From assembly GCA_050952625.1 (NCBI GenBank), contig JBMNLH010000001.1, positions 896,001 to 960,000 of the forward strand: a stretch of 64,000 bases of DNA. Reading direction: 5' to 3'. This document shows positions 30,820 to 41,583 of this stretch, piece after piece. Within the stretch, counting starts at the first letter, position 1. Every line of letters begins with the position of its first letter. The notes beneath the pieces were generated by a model. That model was given only the letters and a program-made list of their open reading frames with translations. It ran no database searches and was not told the DNA's origin. This DNA comes from Bacillota bacterium. GTDB lineage: Bacteria; Bacillota; Ch66; Ch109. A program made the position numbers and the translations under genes.

Positions 30820-33654
30820 ATGAGTGGTCTGACGCCAATGATGCGACAATATGAAGAAATAAAGCAACAAAACCCGGAGGCAATTCTCCTTTTTCGCTTA
30901 GGTGATTTCTACGAAATGTTTGGTCCGGATGCCGAGTTGGCGTCGCGCGAATTGGATCTGGTTTTGACCGGACGGGAAGCCGGGGCCGCCGGAAAAATAC
31001 CGATGTGTGGTTTTCCATATCATGCTGCAGATAACTACATAGGTCGTTTAATTGAAAAGGGTTTTCGGGTAGCCATCTGTGAACAGATGGAGGATCCCAA
31101 GACTGCCAAGGGTATAGTCAAGCGGGAAGTAGTGCGAACAATTACCCCGGGGACCATTTTAGATGGACAGGTTTTAACCGATAAAAAAAATAACTATTTG
31201 GTGGCCTTGGTTTTGACGGAAGCTTGTTTTGGCCTAGCCGTAGTCGATGCTTCCACTGGTGAATTTTTGGCAACCGAATTTCGTGGCAACCAGGCTAAAC
31301 AACAACTGCTAGATGAATTGGCCCGGCTTGAACCATCCGAAATTCTGGTAGCCACGAGGCTATGGGAGTCGGAATTGAAAGCCTTATTTATTAACCACCG
31401 ACCGGTAACTATCACCAAGTTTTCCTTTCTGAAAGACTTGAATGTAAAAGATGCCGAGCACCGATTGACGACTCACTTTAAGACGACTTCTTTAGCTGGT
31501 TTTGGTTGTGACGGAATGTCGGCTGGGATAATTGCCGCGGCTGGTCTGCTCCAGTTTCTTCAGGAAACTCAGAAGGCGGTCCCAAGCCATATTGAACGAA
31601 TCAAACCCTATTCGACTGAACAGTTTATGCTCTTGGATTTCTCGACGAGGCGTAATCTGGAACTAACCAGCAGCCTACACCATGGTCATCGTCAGAGTTC
31701 CTTATTAGGAGTATTAGACCAGACAGTGACCGCGATGGGTGGTAGATTGCTGCGCACTTGGCTGGATCAACCTGCATTAGATCTGCCGACGATTAACCAA
31801 AGATTAAACAGTGTTGAGTTTATGGTTAATAACTTTTTTTTAAGAACACGGCTAAAGGAATTATTAAAACAGGTATATGATTTAGAACGACTTCTCGGAA
31901 GAGTGGCTTACGGTACCGCTAACGCCCGGGATTTGGTTGCCCTGCGGACCTCCCTGGCAATAATTGGTCCCATCCGAGAGGTTTTAGTTGAGGCAGGGAT
32001 ACGAGAAATAAACCCTGTCGATACTTTATCACCGGCGTCAGATCGTTTGAGTGAGCTACTAGAGCAGCTCGATCCGCTAGACGAAGTGGTTGAGTTAATT
32101 ACCAAAGCATTGGTAGATGATCCACCAATCTCAATCCGCGAAGGTGGTCTGATTCGAAGTGGGTATGACCCGGAAGTTGATCGTCTTCGAGAGGCGGCTG
32201 GAGGAGGCAAGCAATGGATTGCTGGTCTGGAAGCCCGTGAGCGGGTCCGCACCGGGATTAAATCTCTCAAGGTCGGCTTTAATAAAGTGTTTGGTTACTA
32301 CCTGGAGGTGACAAAACCTAATCTACCACAAGTGCCGGCAGATTATCTGCGTAAGCAGACGTTGGCTAACGCGGAACGATTTGTGACGCCAGAATTAAAA
32401 GAGTACGAGGCTTTGGTGCTAGGAGCCGAAGATCGGGTAGTCGGACTGGAATACCAAATTTTTGTTCGGGTGCGGGAGCAGGTTGGACAGCACGCCAGTC
32501 GAATCCAGCGGACTGCTCGAGCTCTAGCCGAGTTAGATGTCCTCTGTTCGTTAGCGGTTGTAGCTGTCAATAATAATTATTGTAAGCCAGTAGTAGACGC
32601 CGCAAATCAATTGATTATCAAAGAGGCTCGACACCCAGTAGTTGAAAAATATCTGACCGAGCAGGTTTATGTGCCGAATGATATCAGCATGGATGGTCAG
32701 ACCAATTTTTTTATGTTGATTACCGGGCCCAACATGGGCGGGAAAAGCACCTACTGTCGCAGTATTGCCCTGATTTGTCTGTTGGCGCAAATGGGAAGTT
32801 TTGTGCCTGCCCGAGAAGCCAAGATTGGCCTAGTCGATCGTATTTTTGCCCGAATCGGGGCTAGTGATGATCTAGGTAGCGGCCAAAGCACTTTTATGGT
32901 TGAAATGAATGAAGTAGGTAACATCGTTAATACGGCCACGTCCCGCAGCTTGGTGATTCTAGATGAGGTCGGACGTGGTACCAGTACTTATGATGGATTG
33001 AGCATTGCTTGGTCACTGACAGAGTTTATCCACAATCAGATCCAGGCCCGGACTCTATTTGCTACCCACTACCACGAATTGACTGAGTTAGAAAAACAGT
33101 TGCCCGGGCTAAAGAATTATAGTGTGGCGGTTCGGGAACAAGAGGAAGGGATTGTATTTTTACATCGGGTTGTTCCCGGCGGGGTTGACCGTAGTTATGG
33201 TATTCAAGTGGCTCGCCTAGCTGGTCTTCCTAAAGACCTCATTGAACGGGCAGGGCAGATCCTACAAGAACTAGAGCAAAGGGAGGCCGGGCGGGAAAAA
33301 AGTCAGCCCTCGGAAAAGGTTATTCCTTTCAGTAGCGGTTCTGAATTGGCCCAGAAGACTAGATCAGGCTTTAGGGCAGAAGCAATGTTCAAGTCAGATT
33401 TTAAGTCTGAAAAATTAACAAAAAAGATTGTAAAAACGGCACTGCAGGATACAGCGGCTAGTTACTTTCAAGCTGATTCGGAAGCACCGGGGTCGAGTGT
33501 TTCGTTAGGTCAACCGGTTCAGTTAAGTCTACTGGAATGGGAGAGCCATCCGATCCTCGAGGAAATCAAAAATATGGATTTAATGAACCTAACTCCCCTG
33601 GAGGCACTGAATCGATTGAATGAAATCCAACAGAAATTACGCCAAAAGGGTTAA
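30820..33654 (+). CDS. mutS: DNA mismatch repair protein MutS
   Basis: TPMMRQY, GDFYE, GPNMGGKST, STFMVEM, DEVGRGT and SYGIQVA motifs. Confidence 0.98.
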   Translation: MSGLTPMMRQYEEIKQQNPEAILLFRLGDFYEMFGPDAELASRELDLVLTGREAGAAGKIPMCGFPYHAADNYIGRLIEKGFRVAICEQMEDPKTAKGIVKREVVRTITPGTILDGQVLTDKKNNYLVALVLTEACFGLAVVDASTGEFLATEFRGNQAKQQLLDELARLEPSEILVATRLWESELKALFINHRPVTITKFSFLKDLNVKDAEHRLTTHFKTTSLAGFGCDGMSAGIIAAAGLLQFLQETQKAVPSHIERIKPYSTEQFMLLDFSTRRNLELTSSLHHGHRQSSLLGVLDQTVTAMGGRLLRTWLDQPALDLPTINQRLNSVEFMVNNFFLRTRLKELLKQVYDLERLLGRVAYGTANARDLVALRTSLAIIGPIREVLVEAGIREINPVDTLSPASDRLSELLEQLDPLDEVVELITKALVDDPPISIREGGLIRSGYDPEVDRLREAAGGGKQWIAGLEARERVRTGIKSLKVGFNKVFGYYLEVTKPNLPQVPADYLRKQTLANAERFVTPELKEYEALVLGAEDRVVGLEYQIFVRVREQVGQHASRIQRTARALAELDVLCSLAVVAVNNNYCKPVVDAANQLIIKEARHPVVEKYLTEQVYVPNDISMDGQTNFFMLITGPNMGGKSTYCRSIALICLLAQMGSFVPAREAKIGLVDRIFARIGASDDLGSGQSTFMVEMNEVGNIVNTATSRSLVILDEVGRGTSTYDGLSIAWSLTEFIHNQIQARTLFATHYHELTELEKQLPGLKNYSVAVREQEEGIVFLHRVVPGGVDRSYGIQVARLAGLPKDLIERAGQILQELEQREAGREKSQPSEKVIPFSSGSELAQKTRSGFRAEAMFKSDFKSEKLTKKIVKTALQDTAASYFQADSEAPGSSVSLGQPVQLSLLEWESHPILEEIKNMDLMNLTPLEALNRLNEIQQKLRQKG

Positions 33655-33745
33655 GAAGTGTCTGAAGACGACTCACTATGCTGCTAATCAATAATTAATC
33701 CTGACCGGAGTCATACGGTACATTAAAGAGAGGTGGAAATAAACA

Positions 33746-35441
33746 ATGTTGATAGGGATTGATGTGGGAGGAACCTACACTGACGCAGCCCTTATCCAGA
33801 ATCGCCAAGTGTTACGCTGGGCTAAGACTCCAACTCGACCAGAATTGCTTTCGTCTTTATTAGAAGTTCTGGATCAGATTATGGAGGGTGTAGACCCATC
33901 GACTGTTAAACGAGTATCCCTTAGTACCACCCTGATTACGAATTTGATTGCTGAAGATAAAGTGGAGCCGGTAGCTTTGCTGGCTATTCCCGGGCCGGGG
34001 GTCAACCCGCATAGTTTTTCAGTTTTTGATAATGCCTATTTATTAAGTGGGGCAATTGATTATCGGGGTAGAGAAACAGCGAAACTTGTTCAGGCAGAAG
34101 TGGCAGAGGTTATTCGGAAGGTAGACCAAAAGGGATTTAACAAAGTCGCCGTTGTCGGCAAGTTCTCGGTCCGTAACAATCAACATGAGCAGGCAATAGC
34201 CAAGTATGTCGCTGATCATTACCCACATATCCAGGTTGAAATGGGACATCAAACAGCCGGTCAACTTAACTTTCCACGCCGAGCCGTCACCACCCAGTTA
34301 ACCGCGGCTACTCGACCGGCTTATCGGTGCTTTATTGACCAGATACGGGCAGCTCTTAAGGAACGTCGGATTGAGGCACCAGTCTACATTTTAAAGGCAG
34401 ATGGAGGCACCTTGCCTTTGGAAAAGGCAGTCGACGTCCCAGTAGAAACCATTTTTTCCGGACCGGCCGCTAGTACCATGGGGGTACTGGCACTGACACC
34501 GGCCGGTCAAACCTCTGTGGTTGTCGATATTGGGGGTACGACGACGGATTTGGCCTTGATCCTGTCCGGTAAACCGTTGCTGTCATCCAAAGGAGCTCGG
34601 GTTAAAGAGCATTTGACTCAGGTGCGAGCCTTTGCCGTGAAATCAGTCGCTTTGGGAGGAGACAGTGCTGTTCGGGTTAAGAACGGGTATTTAGAAGTAA
34701 GCCCGGAGCGAGTGGGGCCCGGCCTGCTGTTTGGGTGGATCAGTTCCAACGCCGACAGATGCCCTGCGGGTTTTGGGGTTGGCCGATATCGGCGAAGAGG
34801 CCTTAGCCCGGGCCGCGATTCGGGAGCTTTCGGCCAAGCTGTCTTCTGAGTTGGTCAGTTCGGAAGAGGACCCGGTTAAAGCTACGGCTAGGTTGGTCTT
34901 AAATATCGTAGTTGATCGAATGATTCGCGAAATTGAGGAGATGTTTTTGGCCTGGGAACAGGAACCAGCTTATCGAGTCTGGGAAATGATGCAAAAAGAA
35001 CGAGTTCGGCCACAAAACGTGGTAGGCGTGGGTGGATCAGCCTCTTCCCTGGTTCCGCTGGTAGCCGAGCGAATGGGTTGTGTGGGAATTATTCCAGAAC
35101 ACGCCCCGGTTGCCAATGCCCTAGGAGCGGCGGTGGCCCGGCCAACCCTAGGAATAACCTTGAGGGTTGATACTGAACAAGCGTTTTATTCAATCGCAGA
35201 AGACGGAACTCAGAAAAAATCAACCAAACTAAGTAAGTATCACCTTGAAGAAGCTCAGAATCTTGCCAAGCAGTTACTCAAGGAGCGGGCCGAACAGATG
35301 GGTCTAAGTGGCTACAGCCAGGAAGCAGAAGTGACGCATAGTGAATTGTTTAATATGATCCGGGGATGGAGCCGGGTTGGTCGACTGATTGATGTTGTCG
35401 TTCAGATACCAGCCGGGCTGATTCCGGAGTGGGTTGATTGA
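33746..35441 (+). pseudogene. Hydantoinase/oxoprolinase A-family (ASKHA ATPase) protein split by a +1 frameshift
   Basis: GIDVGGTYTDA, SGPAAS, DIGGTTTD and GGDS in ORF1; PTPTDAL and ANALGAA in ORF2. Removing one C at 34718-34720 restores ...RVGPACCLGGSVPTPTDA. Could be an assembly error. Confidence 0.8.
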
Positions 35442-35455
35442 GAGGAGGAAAGCCC

Positions 35456-36862
35456 ATGCAACAGAGAATAAAACCCTGGAAACAACGACGCTGGGATGAC
35501 ATAGATAAAAAACACAGACGGACGGGATTAGTTTTTTTTCCGGCTTTTGACTGGGCAATTTCCGCTACTCACCCGGAGCGGGAAGAACGGCTTCTATATA
35601 CCAAGGACCAAATTTTTGAAGAGGGCTTAATGGATCTCCCTCAGATTATTGAATACAAGGCTGGAGTGGCTACGGAAAAAGACGTTGCCCGAGTTCATTT
35701 TTGCGTCCCTAATGTCCGAACTCAAATTACGGATGCGCACCTGATTTCCGTTGGAAGTGCCATGGTCCTGGCCGATGCCTTTATGCAAGGTGAGGTAACC
35801 AACTCTTTTGCCCTAGTGCGGCCCCCTGGTCATCATGCCATGCGGGTAGCCCATGGTAATCGTGGCTTCTGTAACATTAATAATGAAGCGATCATGATTG
35901 AGTATCTGCGCCGAAAGTATGGTTTACGCCGGGTAGCGATTGTCGATACGGATGTGCATCACGGCGATGGAACCCAGGAAATATTCTATCATGATCCAGA
36001 TGTCCTCTTTATTTCTTTTCATCAGGATGGCCGGACTCTTTACCCGGGGACCGGGTTTGTCCCGGAACTGGGCGGACCGGGAGCATATTGCTCAAACATT
36101 AACATTCCATTACCGCCGGGAACGACTGATGAGGGTATCCATTATGTTCTGGATAACTTAGTATTACCAATTTTAAATGATTTTGATCCAGAAATTGTGG
36201 TCAACTCCGCAGGTCAAGATAACCATTATACCGATCCTTTAGCTAATATGCAGTGGACCGCGGCTGGTTATGCCTTGCTGAACGAAAAATTACGCCCAGA
36301 TTTGGCGGTCCTTGAAGGAGGATATGCTATTGAAACCGCGCTTCCCTATGTTAATACTGGAATTATCTTGGCTATGGCCGGGTTGGATTATTCCTGGGTA
36401 CGGGAACCGCAACTGCAGCCGGGCAGCCTGCGCATGAGCAGTTCGGTTAAAGAACGGGTGGAGGGAGTCGTGGATCAACTGCAAAAGATCTGGGCCAACC
36501 GGGAGGAATTGGCGAAAAAGCGCAAAGAAGAGGTGGGTCCGTACTTCAAGGAACGAAAGAGGATTTATTACGATACCGATCAAATCGAGGAAAGTCAGGA
36601 TATTACGGTTAAAATGTGCGATCATTGTTCCGGTTACATTTTGCTTCATTCTCGAGCAGAACGAATGTGGAACAGCCAGGCGATTACCGGTGTCTCTATT
36701 CCGCTCTATGCCTGCTCAGCCTGTCAGCGGGAAGGCCGAGCAACATATCAGGAGGCTAAGGTAAAGGCGGATTACAAAACGGATGTAGTTTACCTTCAAG
36801 ATAAGGTCGCAGATGAGTTTATCCAATGGCATCCAACGCGCCAAGAAGAAAAACGATATTAA
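35456..36862 (+). CDS. Histone deacetylase-family (zinc amidohydrolase) protein with C-terminal extension
   Basis: HPE, RPPGHH, GFC, DVHHGDGT, SAGQD and LEGGY motifs; C-terminal CDHC...CSAC. Confidence 0.92.
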   Translation: MQQRIKPWKQRRWDDIDKKHRRTGLVFFPAFDWAISATHPEREERLLYTKDQIFEEGLMDLPQIIEYKAGVATEKDVARVHFCVPNVRTQITDAHLISVGSAMVLADAFMQGEVTNSFALVRPPGHHAMRVAHGNRGFCNINNEAIMIEYLRRKYGLRRVAIVDTDVHHGDGTQEIFYHDPDVLFISFHQDGRTLYPGTGFVPELGGPGAYCSNINIPLPPGTTDEGIHYVLDNLVLPILNDFDPEIVVNSAGQDNHYTDPLANMQWTAAGYALLNEKLRPDLAVLEGGYAIETALPYVNTGIILAMAGLDYSWVREPQLQPGSLRMSSSVKERVEGVVDQLQKIWANREELAKKRKEEVGPYFKERKRIYYDTDQIEESQDITVKMCDHCSGYILLHSRAERMWNSQAITGVSIPLYACSACQREGRATYQEAKVKADYKTDVVYLQDKVADEFIQWHPTRQEEKRY

Positions 36863-36884
36863 AGAAATGAAGGATGATAGAGGG

Positions 36885-39122
36885 ATGACCAACCGAATTC
36901 GTCTGCTTGACGAAGCGACTATTAATCAAATAGCTGCTGGAGAGGTTGTAGAACGCCCGGCTTCCGCACTTAAAGAATTAATTGAGAATTCACTGGATGC
37001 CGGCAGCACCCGGTTGGATATTGAACTGGAAGAAAGCGGATTGCGCTTAATTCGGGTGACAGATAATGGTTGCGGGATGAATCCGGAAGAGGTACGCTGG
37101 TCAATTGAACGGCATGCCACCAGCAAAATTGCTTCAGCTCAGGATTTGTTGCGCATTGTCAGTTTTGGTTTTCGAGGAGAGGCTTTATCCAGCATCGCTG
37201 CGGTTTCTCGCTTGGAACTAGTCAGCCGGCCGACTGATCAGTTAGAGGGAATTCGGCTCGTGACCGAAGGCGGAGAAGTTCAGAGGATTGAGCCAGTCGG
37301 AACCCCAATCGGCACCCGTACCACGATTCGAGATATATTTTATAATCTGCCAGTTCGCAAAAAATTCCTCAAGAGTCCAGCGACCGAACTGAGGTATGCA
37401 GTTGACCTAGTCAGCCGTTTGGTTCTGGGTAATCCACAGGTGGCTTTTCGGTTGCGAGTTCCTGATCGAATCTTGATTCAATCCAGCGGGAATAGCCGTT
37501 TACTAGAAGCAATCGCCGCTGTTTATGGGTCAGAGATCGCTCAACAGATGTTAGTAGTAGGTGATGGAGAGAACGGTCAAAATGCCCCGGCTACTGCATT
37601 GGGGGCACCTAGTTTGTCTTCTCAAACAAAGAGTTGCCAGCAGAGGTCTGAGTCGAGTAAAGTCCGAGTTTGGGGTTATGTATCTGGCCCCGGTCTGACT
37701 CGAAGCAACCGGCACCAACAGTGTTTTTTGGTTAACCGTCGTTATATCCAAAGCCGACTGCTGCAGGAAGCCGTGAATGAAGCCTATCGCGGTGTAATTC
37801 CCCCTCAGCGATTTCCGTTAGTCGTTCTACACCTGGAGGTAGACCCAGAATTGATTGACGTTAACATCCATCCGGCTAAGCTACAGGTTCGTTTTCAGGA
37901 GGAAGAGGCTGTTTTTCAGGCTGTAGTCCAGGGGCTGCGACAGGCTCTCCGTCCTGCTTCAGTTATTCCGCGGTTTGATTTTGGCAAAAACAGCTTTGGC
38001 ATAAACAGCGGAGATAAAAAGGTAGAAGAGCAATACTTATCAAATCCTCGGCAAGTATCTATGGTTGAAAGCCTAACATGTTCAACCTATGACGCAACAA
38101 ATAATGCCACTGGTGTTATAAATAGTGAGCGGTCCAGTATTATAAAAAACAACCCAACAACCGATTCGTCCGATAATGCGGCTAATAGTTCATCCAATGA
38201 TTTAATAAATGGTCTAACGGACGATTCAAGAAACAACTCGATTAATAACCCAACAAGAAATTTAACGATTGACTCAACAAGTAACCCTGATACTGGCCAA
38301 TACTCTGAACAACAGCCGGGAGAAGTTGCGATTGCTGAAGTTAACCTGGATATTTATCAAGCAGAAAATCTATTAGTTGCCGGTGAAGCTGTTCAGCACC
38401 CAAAAGAGCAACAAACAAAACTTTTACCAGTACCGGACGAGATGAACGATTCTTTTGCTAACAACAATAAAATCTATAAGCCAGAGAAGCATAAATATGA
38501 AAAATTAGATTCAGTGGGCTTTGCGGGTGACCAGACAATAAAAAATACCTTAGCTGATTTGCTACCTAAGGCTCAAGTAGCCGGTACTTATATCGTGGCG
38601 GAAGGGCCAGATGGTCTTTATATTCTCGATCAGCATGCGTTGCATGAACGAATCCTTTACGAAAAAATATTGGTTGATCTTGAGGAAGATCGCCACTTCA
38701 GTCAGACCGTTCTCTACCCAGAAACGGTTGAGCTAACCCCTGAGGAAAGGGAAAGGTTTACCCAACATATTATTCCCCTTCGCAATTTGGGGTTTGTCGT
38801 TGAGCATTTTGGCGGCAATACCTTTTTGTTACGAGGGATTCCAGCCTTTATTAAAGGTAGTGGTAAAGAGGTCTTTCTTGATCTTTTGGATTACTTAGTC
38901 GACCGACCGCGATTGGACGAGCGGCGTTTATATGAAGAGATGGCAGCCCGCTTGGCCTGTCATCAGGCAATCAAAGCCGAGGAACGGTTAAACCAGGCGG
39001 AAATGGAGACCCTGGTTTTGCATATGGCCAGTTTGAGTAGTCCTTACGCTTGTCCCCATGGGCGACCAACGATCCTGAAATTGTCGTGGACCGAACTTGG
39101 ACGGCGTTTCCATAGACGTTAA
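36885..39122 (+). CDS. mutL: DNA mismatch repair endonuclease MutL
   Basis: NQIAAGEVVERP, GFRGEAL, DVNIHPAK, endonuclease motif DQHALHER, ACH and CPHGRP. Confidence 0.97.
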   Translation: MTNRIRLLDEATINQIAAGEVVERPASALKELIENSLDAGSTRLDIELEESGLRLIRVTDNGCGMNPEEVRWSIERHATSKIASAQDLLRIVSFGFRGEALSSIAAVSRLELVSRPTDQLEGIRLVTEGGEVQRIEPVGTPIGTRTTIRDIFYNLPVRKKFLKSPATELRYAVDLVSRLVLGNPQVAFRLRVPDRILIQSSGNSRLLEAIAAVYGSEIAQQMLVVGDGENGQNAPATALGAPSLSSQTKSCQQRSESSKVRVWGYVSGPGLTRSNRHQQCFLVNRRYIQSRLLQEAVNEAYRGVIPPQRFPLVVLHLEVDPELIDVNIHPAKLQVRFQEEEAVFQAVVQGLRQALRPASVIPRFDFGKNSFGINSGDKKVEEQYLSNPRQVSMVESLTCSTYDATNNATGVINSERSSIIKNNPTTDSSDNAANSSSNDLINGLTDDSRNNSINNPTRNLTIDSTSNPDTGQYSEQQPGEVAIAEVNLDIYQAENLLVAGEAVQHPKEQQTKLLPVPDEMNDSFANNNKIYKPEKHKYEKLDSVGFAGDQTIKNTLADLLPKAQVAGTYIVAEGPDGLYILDQHALHERILYEKILVDLEEDRHFSQTVLYPETVELTPEERERFTQHIIPLRNLGFVVEHFGGNTFLLRGIPAFIKGSGKEVFLDLLDYLVDRPRLDERRLYEEMAARLACHQAIKAEERLNQAEMETLVLHMASLSSPYACPHGRPTILKLSWTELGRRFHRR

Positions 39123-39200
39123 CCCTAATGAACAACAGCAAGAAAGTCTGGCGAAAAATCTAAAAGAGCGTTTAAGCAAGGCGAACTAAATCTGGAAAAG

Positions 39201-40115
39201 ATGGGAATTATTATGGAGACAATGATTGATCGGCTGCGAAAGATGGAAGCCGATTTTCGCCAAACCCAGGATATCCAAGCCCTTGTAGATACCATAATGA
39301 TTACGACTAGTCAGGACAAACCAGACCAGATAGAACGTGGTCGGACTTTAGCCAGAGAGCTTGGCTGCCGATTTTGTTGGCGCCGACAAAGACCTTTATC
39401 CCAGTTTATCGAAGATTTGCCTGTCCAGGGAATAGTGGTGGTTGAGTCTGACCGCCTTACTTTTCAATCAAGAGTAGGGCCTAAGTTCTTTTATCACCCG
39501 AATATGGCCCGGCACCGGGCCTTGAACTGGTTAAGAGGTGGAGTTGATCCTATGGTGACAGCGATGGGTCTATCACTAGGAATGACAGTGCTCGACTGTA
39601 CCTTAGGCTTGGGAAGTGATGCCTTAATCACCAGTCTAGCTGTGGGAGAGCTAGGGCTAGCGGCCGGCCTAGAGGTTTCGCCGATTCTCTCCGTGTTAGT
39701 TCAACGAGGCTTTAAGGAGTATCCATGGAGTAGTATTCCTCAAATTGGGGAATCACTACAGAAAGCAGCTGGTAGAATTCGGGTATTTAATCTAGATCAT
39801 TGCCAAGCTTTAAAACGATTAGATGACAAATCATTTGATGTAGTTTATTTTGATCCGATGTTTCAACAGTCAGTCTGGTCGGCTAAAGGGATTGCCGTGG
39901 TTCGAAACCTAGGCTGTCCTAATACCTTAGAACCGGATACCCTCTATGAGGCAGCGAGGGTGGCTCGATATCGGGTAGTTGTTAAAGAAAGAAAAGGGAG
40001 TCAGGTGTCAGCCAGACTTGGCCTAAACCGTGTAATTCAGGGAGCGAATCGAATAAGTTACGGAGTTCTGGAGGTTTCCAGGGATAGAGGTTTGGGTGAT
40101 GATGTAAGATGTTAA
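39201..40115 (+). CDS. Class I SAM-dependent methyltransferase (RsmJ/YpiP-like)
   Basis: FFYHP, LDCTLGLGSD, DVVYFDPMF and RVVVKE motifs; lies between mutL and miaA. Start uncertain. Confidence 0.85.
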   Translation: MGIIMETMIDRLRKMEADFRQTQDIQALVDTIMITTSQDKPDQIERGRTLARELGCRFCWRRQRPLSQFIEDLPVQGIVVVESDRLTFQSRVGPKFFYHPNMARHRALNWLRGGVDPMVTAMGLSLGMTVLDCTLGLGSDALITSLAVGELGLAAGLEVSPILSVLVQRGFKEYPWSSIPQIGESLQKAAGRIRVFNLDHCQALKRLDDKSFDVVYFDPMFQQSVWSAKGIAVVRNLGCPNTLEPDTLYEAARVARYRVVVKERKGSQVSARLGLNRVIQGANRISYGVLEVSRDRGLGDDVRC

Positions 40116-41059
40116 AGCCTCTGGTGATTCTCGTGGGCCCTACCGCCACGGGAAAAAGCGCAGTCGCTATTGAGCTAGCCAGGCAGTTAAACGGAGAGAT
40201 TGTATCCGGCGACTCAACTCAGGTTTACCGAGGTTTGGATATAGGCACAGCCAAAGTTCCTCTGACCCAGAGGAAACTTGCGCCCCATCATTTAATAGAC
40301 ATTATTAATCCAGAAGATTCTTTTAGCGTCGCTGATTTTCAAAAAAGGGCAACTCAGGCCATTGAAGAGATTCACCAAAAAGGTAAGTTGCCGATCTTGG
40401 TGGGGGGAACTGGACTATATATTCGTTCTGTTGTGGATCCATATCAGTTTGCCGAAGTGGCCACTGATCTTTCGTTACGTCATTCGTTGCAGCAAGAAGC
40501 GATTCGGGTGGGTGAAGCCGAGATGCACCGGTGCCTGGGGGAGATTGATCCGCCGGCGGCTGAGCGAATTCACCCCGGAGATATTCGGCGAGTTATTAGA
40601 GCTCTAGAGGTCTATTACCTGACTGGTCAGCCTATTTCCAGTTTTCATCATCTCGGGAAGAAAACTGCTCAAAAGTACAACTCCGTTTGGATTGGTTTAA
40701 ATTTACCCAGAGAGCTGCTTTACCAAAGGATAGAGCGTCGTGTTGATGAAATGCTCGAAGCCGGTCTGGTAAACGAGGTGGAGAGGTTGCTGTCCCAGGG
40801 AGTAGATCCCGGAAGCAACTCAATGCAGGCCTTAGGTTATAAAGAGATTATCGGGTATCTAAAAGGAGAATATGATTTACCCACAGCAGTGAATTTAATT
40901 AAGCGGAATACCCGGCGCTTTGCCAAACGACAGTTGACCTGGTTTCGTCGGGATAGCCGAATTCATTGGTTTGACGTTGCCAGTTATCCCGATTTGCCGG
41001 AACTCATACAAAAAATATGTCTAGTTGTTGGCAGGACAATCAACATAAATGTAGAATAG
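40109..41059 (+). CDS. miaA: tRNA dimethylallyltransferase
   Basis: GPTATGKS, DSTQVY, DIGTAK, GGTGLY and AKRQLTWF motifs. Confidence 0.97.
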   Translation: MLKPLVILVGPTATGKSAVAIELARQLNGEIVSGDSTQVYRGLDIGTAKVPLTQRKLAPHHLIDIINPEDSFSVADFQKRATQAIEEIHQKGKLPILVGGTGLYIRSVVDPYQFAEVATDLSLRHSLQQEAIRVGEAEMHRCLGEIDPPAAERIHPGDIRRVIRALEVYYLTGQPISSFHHLGKKTAQKYNSVWIGLNLPRELLYQRIERRVDEMLEAGLVNEVERLLSQGVDPGSNSMQALGYKEIIGYLKGEYDLPTAVNLIKRNTRRFAKRQLTWFRRDSRIHWFDVASYPDLPELIQKICLVVGRTININVE

Positions 41060-41161
41060 ATTTGGTAAACAGGAACCATCAACGAATAGCGGTTAGGCTG
41101 ACAGAATTCAAGTCAGTAATTTTCAATTAAGAAATGAAAACAGAGCTGGAGGTTTGGAAAG

Positions 41162-41410
41162 ATGACAAAGAGCCAGATTAATTTGCAAGATTTAGTGTTG
41201 AATCAGGTTCGTAAAGATAGCATTCCGGTAACCATTTACTTAATAAATGGCTTCCAACTAAAAGGCTTTATTCGTGGCTTTGATAATTTTACGGTCATCA
41301 TTGAGTTTGATGGTAAACAACAAATGGTTTATAAGCACGCTATTTCTACTATCACTCCCAGTCGACAGGTAAGTTTGTTGTCCCCGGAGCAGAATAAAGA
41401 GGTCAAATAA
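41162..41410 (+). CDS. hfq: RNA chaperone Hfq
   Basis: [21 protein letters not shown] and YKHAIST motifs; downstream of miaA. Confidence 0.98.
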   Translation: MTKSQINLQDLVLNQVRKDSIPVTIYLINGFQLKGFIRGFDNFTVIIEFDGKQQMVYKHAISTITPSRQVSLLSPEQNKEVK

Positions 41411-41441
41411 CCTGCGAAAAAAATTAAACGGTTATATTCGG

Positions 41442-41470
41442 AAACCAGGCTTCTTTTGGGTCTGGTTTTT
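41442..41470 (+). terminator. Intrinsic terminator after hfq
   Basis: AAACCAGGCT...GGTCTGGTTT followed by a T run. Confidence 0.7.
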
Positions 41471-41583
41471 CTTCTATTTTCTTGTTTTTTAATAATAATA
41501 TAAACAAAATAAGAAAAAGGTTGATTTGAATATTGGATAAATAACCGGAAATTAAAAAGTAGAATGGTTTAATCAATCTCAAA

